The position numbers and the translations under genes are program-made. This document shows, piece after piece, positions 9,625 to 18,499 of a DNA stretch of 64,000 nt (within the stretch, counting starts at the first letter, position 1; every line of letters begins with the position of its first letter). A model generated the notes under the pieces. The model was not told the origin of the DNA and did not search any database. It worked only from the letters and a program-made list of their open reading frames with translations. This DNA is from an uncultured Chloroflexia bacterium (GTDB lineage: Bacteria; Chloroflexota; Anaerolineae; JAAYZQ01), in the NCBI GenBank assembly GCA_963700285.1, contig CAVOXA010000010.1:2016001-2080000 (forward strand). The letters are read 5' to 3'.

Positions 9625-10842
9625 TCAGGTTTCCATCAACTCCCGCATTGTGCGAGCCGCTGACTCTGCAAAGGACTCATCATTGATGTGGGCATCTACC
9701 CTGTGCAAGCGTATCTTTGGTGACAGTTCTGCTTCCAACGCATCAACCAGAGCCCTGTCGGCCTCAGGGTCATGGAAGGCGTGCCCTGGCCGGTCCGAAT
9801 AGCTGAACCCACCCTCCGGAATCAACACCGCTGCTGGCCCTCTGGCCTCGTTCAGACGTTGAGCCATCAGACGCCCAATCTGCGCCATCTCGCCTTTGGT
9901 CGTGCGAATCAGGGTGATATTGGGATTGTGAACAATGAGAGGGCGATGGCGCTGTTCCTGGCTCAGTGAGGACAGCGGGCCAAGGACGACATAGTCGGTG
10001 CCGCCAGGCGCAACCACCTGGGGGATCCCTTGCCGCCCGGCTGCCTTCAAACGATCGGGCCCGGCATCAAACAGCCCTCGACAGACGTGCCCGACCAGTT
10101 CTTGGGTACTGATGTCCAGGACGCCTCGGATCAGGCCCTCTTCGATCAATCGTTCCATTGAGCGCCCGCCCGTGCCGTTGGGGTGAAAGGCCACCAACTC
10201 GTAGCCCCAAGACTCCAATATCCCCTTGGCGTGCAGCACGCAGGGTGTGGTCAGTCCTAGCATCGTCGTCCCCAGAACCGTCTTGTCGTTGCTTTCGTCC
10301 GCCTCACCGGCCTCGACCATGGCGGTCACGGCCGCCGCGGCGTTGGCGAATACCTTTCGCGTGACGGCATTGTTGCCCAGGATGTCCGCCACCGAGTGCA
10401 TCAGCGTCACATCGGCGGTGCCAACGTAGGGCTCGAACACGTTTTGGCCGCTGGCGATGGTCGAGACCATGACTTTGGGCACGCCGATGGGCAACGCTTG
10501 CATCGCGGTCGTGCCGATGGCCGTACCCTGGCCGCCGCCTACGGCGATAACGCCGCCCAGTTTTCCCTCCGCGAAGAGTTGGATGACGATGGCTCGCGTG
10601 CCGTCGATCATGGTTTGGATGGCCTGCCCCTTGTCCCCGGCGGCAACCAGATCGGCCAGATCCGCTCCTCCCGCCCGAGCGACCACCTGGCGCGGGAAAT
10701 CCGCCTCGATGGCCGGCTGCCCCAGCAACCCGGGGTCCAGGACCCAGGTTTCATGGCCTCGAGCCTCGATCAGGTCCCGGATCCAGGCGACCTCGTGACC
10801 CTTGGTATCCAGTGTGCCAATGACGGCGATCGGTTTCAACAT
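9625..10842 (-). CDS. Tm-1-like ATP-binding domain protein (UPF0261)
   Basis: VIGTLDTKGHE; GGGQGT; LPIGVPKVMVST; MHSVADILG; FHPNGTGGRSME; HNPNITLIRT; HINDESFA. Confidence 0.88.
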   Translation of the reverse strand: MLKPIAVIGTLDTKGHEVAWIRDLIEARGHETWVLDPGLLGQPAIEADFPRQVVARAGGADLADLVAAGDKGQAIQTMIDGTRAIVIQLFAEGKLGGVIAVGGGQGTAIGTTAMQALPIGVPKVMVSTIASGQNVFEPYVGTADVTLMHSVADILGNNAVTRKVFANAAAAVTAMVEAGEADESNDKTVLGTTMLGLTTPCVLHAKGILESWGYELVAFHPNGTGGRSMERLIEEGLIRGVLDISTQELVGHVCRGLFDAGPDRLKAAGRQGIPQVVAPGGTDYVVLGPLSSLSQEQRHRPLIVHNPNITLIRTTKGEMAQIGRLMAQRLNEARGPAAVLIPEGGFSYSDRPGHAFHDPEADRALVDALEAELSPKIRLHRVDAHINDESFAESAARTMRELMET

Positions 10843-10934
10843 TGACGGCTCCCTCCAAGCGTGATGCCCAACGGCCATGATAGGCCAATCATGGCTGTCT
10901 GTCAAAGACAGCCTGTTCCTGTTGCAAAGCTGGC

Positions 10935-11037
10935 GTAGGGGCGAGGCATTCCGGAAAAATCCACTGGCGGGCCCAGGGTTCACGAGCTACGGATGGGCTA
11001 GTGCATGGCAACCGGTTGCTGGCAATGCCTCGCCCTA
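10935..11037. repeat. GTAG-type REP doublet (REPIN-like inverted pair)
   Basis: GTAGGGGCGAGGCATT (10935-10950) and AATGCCTCGCCCTA (11024-11037), with a 12-bp perfect core. Confidence 0.65.
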
Positions 11038-11135
11038 GGTTAAAGGACTGGCTTATTGCCTCTCCGGTCCGGCTTGATTTGTGTGCCTCTCACCTCTGTG
11101 CTATAATTCGCTAGTTCTAGTTGAGGTGGGGGAGC

Positions 11136-11240
11136 GTGCGCACAAAGCACGAACTACAACCACAGAAAGGAACAGGGCACCATTTGGGAATCTGTCCCAT
11201 TAGGTGCCCTTTTTTCTTATGGCGAGAGCACCGAGTTTGA
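11136..11240 (+). CDS. Candidate 34-aa pyrD leader peptide ([34 protein letters not shown])
   Basis: Purine-rich SD-like GAGGTGGGGGAG before GTG 11136; the ORF runs through the terminator and its TGA overlaps a TTG in the pyrD frame (TTGA). Confidence 0.5.
   Translation: MRTKHELQPQKGTGHHLGICPIRCPFFLWREHRV
11174..11215 (+). terminator. Intrinsic terminator in the pyrD 5' leader (attenuator)
   Basis: AGGGCACC..TGGGA-atctg-TCCCA..GGTGCCCT followed by a T run; lies downstream of an extended -10 (TGcTATAAT, TATAAT 11102-11107) and upstream of pyrD. Confidence 0.75.
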
Positions 11241-12158
11241 ACGTAACCCTGTGCGGTGTAGACCTGCCCAACCCGCTGGTCCTGGCCAGCGGCATCCTGG
11301 GCACCGAGGCGGAGCTGATGGCCCGGGTGGCGCGGGCCGGCGCCGGGGCGGTCACGGCCAAGTCGTGCAGCCTGGAGCCGCGGGCCGGGCATCCCAACCC
11401 CACGGTGCTGGCCTGGGAGCACGGACTGATCAACGCCGTCGGCCTGGCCAATCCCGGCGTCGAGGCCGAGGTCGAGGAACTGCGGCGGACCAAGGCGCTG
11501 CTCCAGCCCCTGGGCGCGGCGCTCATCGCCAGCGTCTTTGCCGACACGGTGGAGAATTTTGCCCGGGTGGCCGCCCGCGTCGTCGAGGCCGCGCCGGACC
11601 TGCTCGAGGTCAACATCTCCTGCCCCAACGTCCACGACGAATTCGGCACGCCCTTTGCCGCCGACGCGGGCGCGGCAGCGGAGGTGACTGCGGCGGTCAA
11701 GGAAGCCGTGGCCGGCCGGGCGCCGGTCCTGGTCAAGCTCTCGCCCAACGTGACCGACATCGCGGCCATCGCCCGGGCGGTGGAGGCCGCCGGGGCCGAC
11801 GGCATCACGGCCATCAACACGCTGACCGGCATGGTCATCGACGTCCACGCCCGGCGGCCCATCCTGGCCAATCGCACCGGCGGCCTGTCGGGGCCGGCCA
11901 TCCGGCCGCTGGCCGTGCGCTGCGTGTACGAGATCTACCGGGCGGTGCGGATCCCCATCGTCGGCACGGGCGGCGTGCGCAGCGGCCGCGACGCCGTGGA
12001 GATGATCATGGCCGGGGCGACGGCGGTGGGCGTCGGCTCGGCGGTGTACGGGGAGGGGCCGGAAGTCTTTGGCCGCATCCGCAACGAGATGGCGGCGCTC
12101 ATGGCCGAGCTGGGCTGCGAGCATGTGGCCAGAGATGCGGGGGGTGGCTCACCGATGA
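11237..12158 (+). CDS. pyrD: Dihydroorotate dehydrogenase, class 1B catalytic subunit (indel near 12130; start 11219 or 11237)
   Basis: [65 protein letters not shown]. Confidence 0.93.
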
Positions 12159-12921
12159 GCCTGCAGCAAGACGAGCTTGCCCCAGGTCGCCCGTATCCTG
12201 AGCATCACGGACGAGAGCGACGCAAGGTCCGGACCCTTGTGCTCGACCTGCACCTGGAGGCCGATCCGGGCCAGTTCGTCATGGCCTGGCTGCCCGGCCT
12301 GGACGAAAAGCCCTTCAGCCTGGTCCGCGCCGACCCGGTCACCCTGACCATCGCCCGCGTCGGCCCCTTCAGCCCAGGCCATCCACGCCCTGAGCGTCGG
12401 CGACCGCCTCTGGCTCCGCGGCCCCCTGGGCCAGCCCTTCACCCTCGCGCCTGCCGAGTCTCCCGAGACCCCGAGGACCGGCGAATCTCCTCCTCCTCGT
12501 CGGCGGCGGCTACGGCGTGGCCCCGCTCCACTTTCTGGCCGAACGCGCCCGCGCTGCTGGCTGGAGCGTGAGCATGGTCATCGGCGCGCGGACGGCGGCG
12601 GACGTCGTCTTTGCCGAGCGCTTTGCGGCCCTGGGCGCGCGGGTGATCGATCACCACCGACGATGGCTCGCTGGGCCAGCGGGGCCTGGCCACCGACGCG
12701 GCCGCAGCGCCTGCTGGACGAAGACGGCTGCCAGGGCCATCTACGCCTGCGGCCCGGAGCCGATGCTGGAGGCGGTGGAACGGCTGGCCCGGGACCGCAG
12801 CCTGCCCGCCCAACTGAGCTACGAGCGCTACATGCGCTGCGGCTTTGGCGTGTGCGGCTCCTGCGCCACGGAGGGCTGGCTGGTCTGCCGCGATGGGCCG
12901 GTGCGGCACGTGCAGGTGTGA
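12155..12921 (+). CDS. pyrK: Dihydroorotate dehydrogenase electron-transfer subunit (multiple indels)
   Basis: [18 protein letters not shown]; LRGPLG; GGGYGVAPL; YACGPEPML; [14 protein letters not shown]...VCRDGPV. Confidence 0.9.
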
Positions 12922-13053
12922 GTACGCCAGCCGTCAGTGTCATGCCGCGTGGCATGCGCGATGCCTCGTGCCGCCGAAACGTGCGCCAGCCGGCAAACTC
13001 TGCTATAATGGCCGTCCGCACGGGCATCGCACCCGACCATGGAGGTTCCCAAG

Positions 13054-14637
13054 ATGAGATTCCCGCGCCGCAGCGGCATCCTGATGCATCCCACGTCGCT
13101 CCCGGGCCGGTTCGGCATCGGCGACCTGGGCGACGCAGGCCTACGCGTTCGTCGATTTCCTGGCTGCCGCCGGCCAGTCCTACTGGCAGGTGCTGCCCCT
13201 GAGCCCCACCGGCTACGGCGATTCGCCCTACCAGGGCCTGTCGGCCTTTGCCGGCAACCCGATGCTCATCAGCCCGCAGAAGCTGGTGGAGGCCGGCCAC
13301 CTGTCGCCGGCCGACCTGGAGGCCCTGCCGCATTTTCCCGACGACAAGGTCGATTTTGGGCCGGTCATCTACCACAAGACGCGCCTGCTGAACCGGGCCT
13401 TTGCCAACTTCCACGCCCAGGCCCCCGCCGAGCAGCGCGCAGGCCTTTGCCCGTTTCTGCGAGGAGCAGGCCTCCTGGCTGGACGATTTTGCCCTGTTCA
13501 TGGCCCTGAAGGAGGCCCACGATCTGCGCCCCTGGGAGGAGTGGGAGCCGGAGCTCGCGACCCGGCAGCCAGAGGCCCTGGCCCGCTGCGGCAGAGTCGC
13601 TGGCCGAGCGAGATCGAAAACCAGAAGTACCGCCAGTGGCAGTTCTTTGAGCAGTGGCTGGCCCTCAAGGCCTACGCCAACGAGCGGGGCATCCGCATCA
13701 TCGGCGACATCCCCATCTTTGTCGCCCATGGACAGCGCCGACGTCTGGGCCAATCCCCACCTCTTCCACTTTGACGAGGACCTGCAGCCCACGGTCGTCT
13801 CGGCGTGCCGCCCGACTATTTCAGCGAGACGGGACAGCTGTGGGGCCATCCCCTCTACCGCTGGGACCTGATGGCCGAGCGAGGGCTATGCCTGGTGGAT
13901 CGACCGCTTCCGCATGGCCTTCACCCAGGCCGACGTGGTGCGCATCGACCACTTTCGCGGCTTTTACAACTACTGGGAGGTGCCGGCCGGCGAAAAGACG
14001 GCGATCAAGGGCCGCTGGCTGTACGGCCCCGGCGCCGATCTGTTCCACGCCGTCACCGAGGCGCTGGGCGAGGTGGCCATCATTGCCGAGGACCTGGGCG
14101 ACTTTGACGACGAGTCGCGGGCGGGCGTGGATGCCCTGCAGGAGGAGTTCGGCTATCCCGGCATGAAGGTGGTCCAGTTCGCCTTTGGCGCCGGCCCGGC
14201 CGACCCCTTCCTGCCCCACAACTATACCCGCCGACTGGGTGGCCTACACCGGCACCCACGACAACGACACGGCCGTGGGCTGGTACGAGGCCACCTCCAC
14301 CGAGCAGGAGCGGGACTATGCCCGCAAGTACCTGGGCAGCGATGGCTCCGACATCGCCTGGGACCTGATCCGGCTGGCCTGGGCCTCGGTGGCCAACACG
14401 GCCATGACCACCACCCAGGACCTGCTCAGCCTGGGGCACGAGGCGCGGATGAACACCCCCAGCACCGTCGGCCCGCCCAACTGGTGCTGGCGGCTGCTGC
14501 CCGGCGCGCTGACCGACGAGATCGCGGAACGGCTGCTGGCGCTGACGGCGATCTATGGCCGGCTACCGGATGGCTGGAGGGCAGCGCCTGGAGACGAGGG
14601 CGACGAGGCGGCAGCGGCGGCGGTAGATTCCGCTTAG
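13054..14637 (+). CDS. malQ: 4-alpha-glucanotransferase (amylomaltase, GH77), many indels
   Basis: RRSGILMHPTSLPG.FGIGDLG; WQVLPLSPTGYGDSPY; IIGDIPIFV; PPDYFSETGQLWGHPLY; RIDHFRGF; IIAEDLG; YTGTHDNDT. Extended -10 TGCTATAAT at 13001-13009. Confidence 0.93.
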
Positions 14638-14688
14638 GGTCCGTCCTTCGCCGTTGGCCCTGGAGGCGGGTGCAGGTCACCGCGCATC

Positions 14689-14717
14689 TTGCCAACCGGG
14701 CCACCTTGTGCTAGAAT
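14689..14717 (+). promoter_or_regulatory. Promoter of the tRNA-Arg gene
   Basis: TTGCCA (14689-14694), 17 bp, TG-c-TAGAAT (14712-14717). Confidence 0.7.
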
Positions 14718-14728
14718 AGGCGCAGTGA

Positions 14729-14800
14729 GCCCCCGTAGCTCAGTGGATAGAGCGGCGGCCTCCGGAGCCGTGCGCGGGCGTTCGAGTCGCCCCGGGGGTA
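14729..14800 (+). tRNA. tRNA-Arg(CCG), CCA not encoded
   Basis: Cloverleaf: GCCCCCG/CGGGGGT acceptor, GCTC-AGTGGATA-GAGC D arm, GCGGC-CT CCG GA-GCCGT anticodon arm, GGGCG-TTCGAGT-CGCCC T arm. Confidence 0.96.
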
Positions 14801-14928
14801 CTCAAAACGAATGCCCGCACATGCGGGAAGCGGGATGCACCAATATTGCGTCCCGCTTTTGCTTGCAAGCAGCATCTCCCCGGCAATTGACGCCGGTCGC
14901 CAACTCATAGTATAATCAGGATACGAGA
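14788..14928 (+). repeat. Direct repeat copy 1: tRNA 3' end, two hairpins and a sigma70 promoter
   Basis: 46/48 identity of 14788-14835 with 15858-15905; similarity continues to TTGACG(14887)-18 bp-TATAAT(14911)-CAGGAT. Confidence 0.9.
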
Positions 14929-15040
14929 AGATGCCGATGAATCGCTGGCATAGATCGGATGCAGTGTCTGCGCCATGCAGGAAAGCTAACGCGCAGTGGA
15001 ATCGGCTGCCCACGGCATCGGAAGATGTGGGAGGTGAACA

Positions 15041-15337
15041 GTGTCAGAAGTCGTCGAGGCCGTATACGAGCGAGGTGTGTTGCGCCCTCTGGATCCGCTC
15101 GATTTGAGTGAACAACAAAGGGTACGAATCCAGGTCTGGCCTGAAGAAGAGCCAGAAGAGGAAGAGGTTCTGCGCATATTGACCCAGGCTGGGTTGATGC
15201 GACCCCGACCCAGGCCAGGATCACAACCGGCACCGCCTCTGTCGGAGGATGAGCGCCAAGCCCTCGCCGACGAGGTGGGTCGTGCTTCTGGGAAATCGCT
15301 ATCGGAGATTGTCATTGAAGACCGGGGTGCGTGGTGA
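15041..15337 (+). CDS. Antitoxin, AF2212/DUF104-like (VapB-type partner)
   Basis: VVEAVYERGVLRPLDPLDLSEQQRVRIQV N-terminus and GKSLSEIVIEDRG C-terminus; overlaps the PIN gene. Confidence 0.85.
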   Translation: MSEVVEAVYERGVLRPLDPLDLSEQQRVRIQVWPEEEPEEEEVLRILTQAGLMRPRPRPGSQPAPPLSEDERQALADEVGRASGKSLSEIVIEDRGAW

Positions 15338-15801
15338 GTGTTGCCTACTTTGACACGAGTGCCCTCCTCAAGCGATACGTGACGGAGGCGGGTACGGAGT
15401 GGGTCAAGTCGCTCTTGGCCTCCCTTGACGCACCTGTCGTCCTTACCTCGCATCTAGCTGTCGTTGAAGCGGCTTGTGCCTTTTCTCGTCGAGCCCGAGA
15501 AGGCAATCTCCCAGCCGAAGCGTTGGACAACCTCCTTCGGCTGTTCGAGTACGATGTTGCCTACCGCTATCACATTCTCGAGCTCGGTCCTGCGACGATC
15601 GACGCGGCCCGCGACCTGGCGCTTCAGCATCCACTGCGAGCCTACGATGCCGTGCATCTGGCGAGTGCCTGGCTAGCCAACCAAGAGCTGGTTCGCACCG
15701 GCAAGCACCCTTTGACCTTTGTCTGTGCAGATGATCGGTTGGTGGGGATTGCCGGCGCCACAGGCCTGCTGACCGCCAACCCCCTTGACCATGCTCGATA
15801 G
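15331..15801 (+). CDS. VapC-family PIN-domain toxin
   Basis: AYFDTSALLKRYVTEAGT...VVEAACA...LRAYDAVHLASA...FVCADDRL. Confidence 0.92.
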   Translation: MVSVAYFDTSALLKRYVTEAGTEWVKSLLASLDAPVVLTSHLAVVEAACAFSRRAREGNLPAEALDNLLRLFEYDVAYRYHILELGPATIDAARDLALQHPLRAYDAVHLASAWLANQELVRTGKHPLTFVCADDRLVGIAGATGLLTANPLDHAR

Positions 15802-15857
15802 GGTGCTCGCCTTCACAAACTGAAGGGCAGTGTGCTGGGCGGTCCTGTTGTTCGCAC

Positions 15858-16030
15858 CGCCCCGGGGGTACTCAAAAGGAATGCCCGCACGTGCGGGAAG
15901 CGGGACGTATCGGTACAGCGTCCCGCTCTTACTTGCTGGCAATTCCCTCTCCCCGGAATAAGGTGAGGTGTGCCCCTGTTCTTGCAATTGACTCCAGTCT
16001 TCATCTCATAGTATAATCAGGATGCGAGGA
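15858..16030 (+). repeat. Direct repeat copy 2: duplicated tRNA-Arg 3' fragment, hairpins and promoter (att-like)
   Basis: CGCCCCGGGGGTACTCAAAA identical to the tRNA end; TTGACT(15988)-18 bp-TATAAT(16012)-CAGGAT; about 30 extra nt relative to copy 1. Confidence 0.9.
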
Positions 16031-16165
16031 GCCGTCGATCTGCACGCGACCTTCGAGCTCACAGCACGACCCGCGTCGACGATACGTTCCTCTGTCCGAT
16101 TGTATTCAACGTGATTGAGGGGACGAGAAAGCCGAACTCGACTGGCCGGGAAGTGACGAGTTGGA

Positions 16166-16903
16166 ATGGCCAAGAAAAAGCAGTACTACGTTGTAATCCA
16201 CGGGCGCCGGCCAGGTCTCTATGACCGATGGTTCGGGGAGGAGGGAGCGGCCGAGCAGGTAGATGGCTGGGCCGATGCCGTTTACAAGGGATTCTACACG
16301 CTGCAGGAAGCCACCGAGTGGTTGCGCGAGCTTCACGCCGAGACCATCCCAGAGCTGCCGCCAGACCTGGTGGAGCTCCTTGGCCTCCATCCCGAGCAGC
16401 GACGTCGTGAAGGCCCACGCGCCCTGCTCAAAGCCGGCAAGATCCTGATCTACACTGACGGCGGGGCCATCGACAATCCCGGCCCCGGCGGCTATGGCGT
16501 GGTCCTGCGCTACAAGGGCCATAGGAAGGAACTGTCCGGCGGCTTTCGCCGGACGACCAACAACCGTATGGAACTGCTGGCTTGCATCGAAGGCTTGAAA
16601 GCACTGAAGCGCCGATGCACGGTGGTGCTGTACAGCGACTCCAAGTACGTGGTCAACGGCATGAGCAAAGGCTGGGCCGAGCGCTGGCAGGCCAGGGGCT
16701 GGAAGCTGAGCAACGACCAGGATGTCAAGAATGCCGACCTGTGGCAGCAACTGGTCGCCCTGTGCCAGCAGCACGACGTCGAGTTTCGCTGGGTACGGGG
16801 TCACAGCGGCAACCCGGACAACGAGCGCTGCGATCAACTGGCAATGGCCGCGGCGCAAGGGCGGGACCTCGCCATCGATGTGGCTTACGAAGCAGCCCGG
16901 TAA
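16166..16903 (+). CDS. rnhA: Ribonuclease HI with N-terminal hybrid-binding (Cauli_VI) domain
   Basis: KQYYVVIHGRRPGLY..W...YKGF; IYTDGG...NPGPGGYG...TTNNRMEL...SDSKYV...KNADLW...WVRGHSG.P.NERCDQLA. Confidence 0.93.
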   Translation: MAKKKQYYVVIHGRRPGLYDRWFGEEGAAEQVDGWADAVYKGFYTLQEATEWLRELHAETIPELPPDLVELLGLHPEQRRREGPRALLKAGKILIYTDGGAIDNPGPGGYGVVLRYKGHRKELSGGFRRTTNNRMELLACIEGLKALKRRCTVVLYSDSKYVVNGMSKGWAERWQARGWKLSNDQDVKNADLWQQLVALCQQHDVEFRWVRGHSGNPDNERCDQLAMAAAQGRDLAIDVAYEAAR

Positions 16904-16933
16904 GCGGACAACGCACAGGAGGGAGAAGCAGAG

Positions 16934-17507
16934 ATGGCCAAATCCAAGAGCGCAACAGAGGCGCCGATCTACCAGATCAAGGTGACGCTGGAAGACAGCA
17001 AGCCGCCCATCTGGCGGCGGCTCCTGGTCCGCAGCGACATCACCCTGGCCGAGCTGCACGACATCATCCAGGCGGCCTTTGGCTGGTGGGACTATCACCT
17101 CCACCAGTTCATCGTCGGTGAAACCTACTTTGGCGTACCCGACCCCGACTATGAGGACTATCTGGAGATGAACGACGAGCAGGACGTGACGCTGCGCCAG
17201 ATCGCCCCACGAGAAGGCTCCAAGTTTCGCTACGAATACGACTTTGGCGACAGTTGGCTGCACCAGGTGCTGGTGGAAAAGATCCTGCCCCCGGAGCCGG
17301 GCCAGGACTATCCGGTGTGCATCAAGGGCCGGCGCGCCCGCCCACCCGAGGATGTGGGCGGCATGTGGGGCTACTACCACTTTCTGGAAGCCATCGCCGG
17401 ATCCCGACCACGAGGAGCACGACGAGTACCTGGAGTGGGTCGGCGGCGAGTTCGATCCTGAGGCCTTTGACCTGGAGGAGGTCAATCAGGCATTGCGTGC
17501 CTTGTAG
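16934..17507 (+). CDS. Plasmid pRiA4b ORF-3 family protein (indel near 17395)
   Basis: IYQIKVTL...PPIWRRLLV...LHDIIQAAFGW.DYHLHQF...YEYDFGDSW.H...PPEDVGG.WGY; tail DPDHEEHDEYLEWVGGEFDPEAFD in the next frame. Confidence 0.9.
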
Positions 17508-17560
17508 TGGGGGAGAAACAAAACAGCGGCAAGGTGCAGGGGGCAAAAAATGGACGACAG

Positions 17561-17596
17561 AAAAAAGAAACCAGCCCCATCGAGGGACTGGCTTCT
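17561..17596 (-). terminator. Probable intrinsic terminator for the sigma-like gene
   Basis: Imperfect stem AGAAACCAGCCCC/GGGACTGGCTTCT preceded by A6 on the + strand. Confidence 0.55.
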
Positions 17597-17630
17597 GTAG
17601 CGTGAGGTGGAGGGGAGAGAGGAGAGGCAC

Positions 17631-18326
17631 TCATTGCGCTGGCACGGGCTTTTGCTGGTCGGGGTAGGTCAATTGGATCTCGCGGGCTCGCTGCTGGTTG
17701 CCGCCGCTGCGGTCGTACTCGACCAGGGCATCCAGGGGGAGCAGGCTTTCGAGCAGCCGGCGGATCCGTTGGCGGCGGTTCCGGATCGTGCCTTCGGTGG
17801 TGCCCATCAGCTCGGCGATGCTGGCGTTGGTGTGCCCGTTGGCGGCCAGGCGGATGATGCGCTTGTCGGTCTGGATCGTGTCCCAGTAGCGGGTCAACAG
17901 GCGCTGCGAGAAGCCGGCCGCCTGGCGCGCTTCAAAGAGCACACCTTCCAGGACCTCGTCGGAGAGCCAGTCCAGGCGCAGGGTGTCGTCGTCGGTGGAT
18001 GTGGAAGGAGCCAGCCATTCGTGAGGCAGGTCGCCGCCGTCGTGCAAGGGGGCATCCAGGGAGAGGGGACTGCGGGGGTTTCGGCCCAGGACTTGGCGGT
18101 AGAAGTACTTTTCGGCGGCCTGGCGGGCGCAGACGAAGCAGAAGGGGACGGGGCGGCCTTCACGATGGTGCTTCCAGTAGGCCAGGGCGGCGGTCTGGAT
18201 CATGTCTTCCATGTCCTGGGGGGTCAGGGTGTCGGCTCCACCGTTGAGGCGGCGGCGGGCGCAGTAGGCCGCCTTGCGGCTGGTGACGAGCCATTCGGGC
18301 TCGGTGGGCAGGTCGTTTGTGCTCAT
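17631..18326 (-). CDS. Orphan sigma70/ECF-like (SigH-type) factor or LuxR-type HTH protein
   Basis: SD GAAAGGAG; region-2-like QDMEDMIQTAALAYWK, SLDAP linker, region-4 HTH GHTNASIAELMGTTEGTIRNRRQRIRRLL. Confidence 0.65.
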   Translation of the reverse strand: MSTNDLPTEPEWLVTSRKAAYCARRRLNGGADTLTPQDMEDMIQTAALAYWKHHREGRPVPFCFVCARQAAEKYFYRQVLGRNPRSPLSLDAPLHDGGDLPHEWLAPSTSTDDDTLRLDWLSDEVLEGVLFEARQAAGFSQRLLTRYWDTIQTDKRIIRLAANGHTNASIAELMGTTEGTIRNRRQRIRRLLESLLPLDALVEYDRSGGNQQRAREIQLTYPDQQKPVPAQ

Positions 18327-18460
18327 CTCGATCTCCTTTCGGGTTGTGATGTGATTGAGGTGAGCACCCTCAATCCGCCTGCCCTGGCGCGGTAGCGGCT
18401 CTTGCTCCATCAGTAGGTGATGGATGCATACAGAAGCACTTTCTGCAGTTTGCAGAATGG

Positions 18461-18499
18461 AAAAAGGCCGGGACTGAGATTCGTTCTCTCAGTCCCGGC
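18461..18499 (-). terminator. Strong hairpin / intrinsic terminator
   Basis: 13-bp stem GCCGGGACTGAGA/TCTCAGTCCCGGC with a T5 tail on the - strand. Confidence 0.7.

Noticed and set aside
11108-11135. PyrR-binding loop
   Set aside because: AGTTCTAGTTGAGGT only loosely resembles ARUCCNGNGAGGYU, and the flanking stem is unconvincing.
2645-14637. Programmed frameshifting or mass pseudogenisation in the ABC, xdhC, pyrK and malQ genes
   Set aside because: Scattered single-base indels with otherwise intact motifs fit long-read consensus error. The same applies near 17395, 29810 and 45425.
15850-15870. Second tRNA gene
   Set aside because: Only the 3' T-stem and acceptor strand are present; there are no D or anticodon arms. 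Treated as an att-like duplicate.
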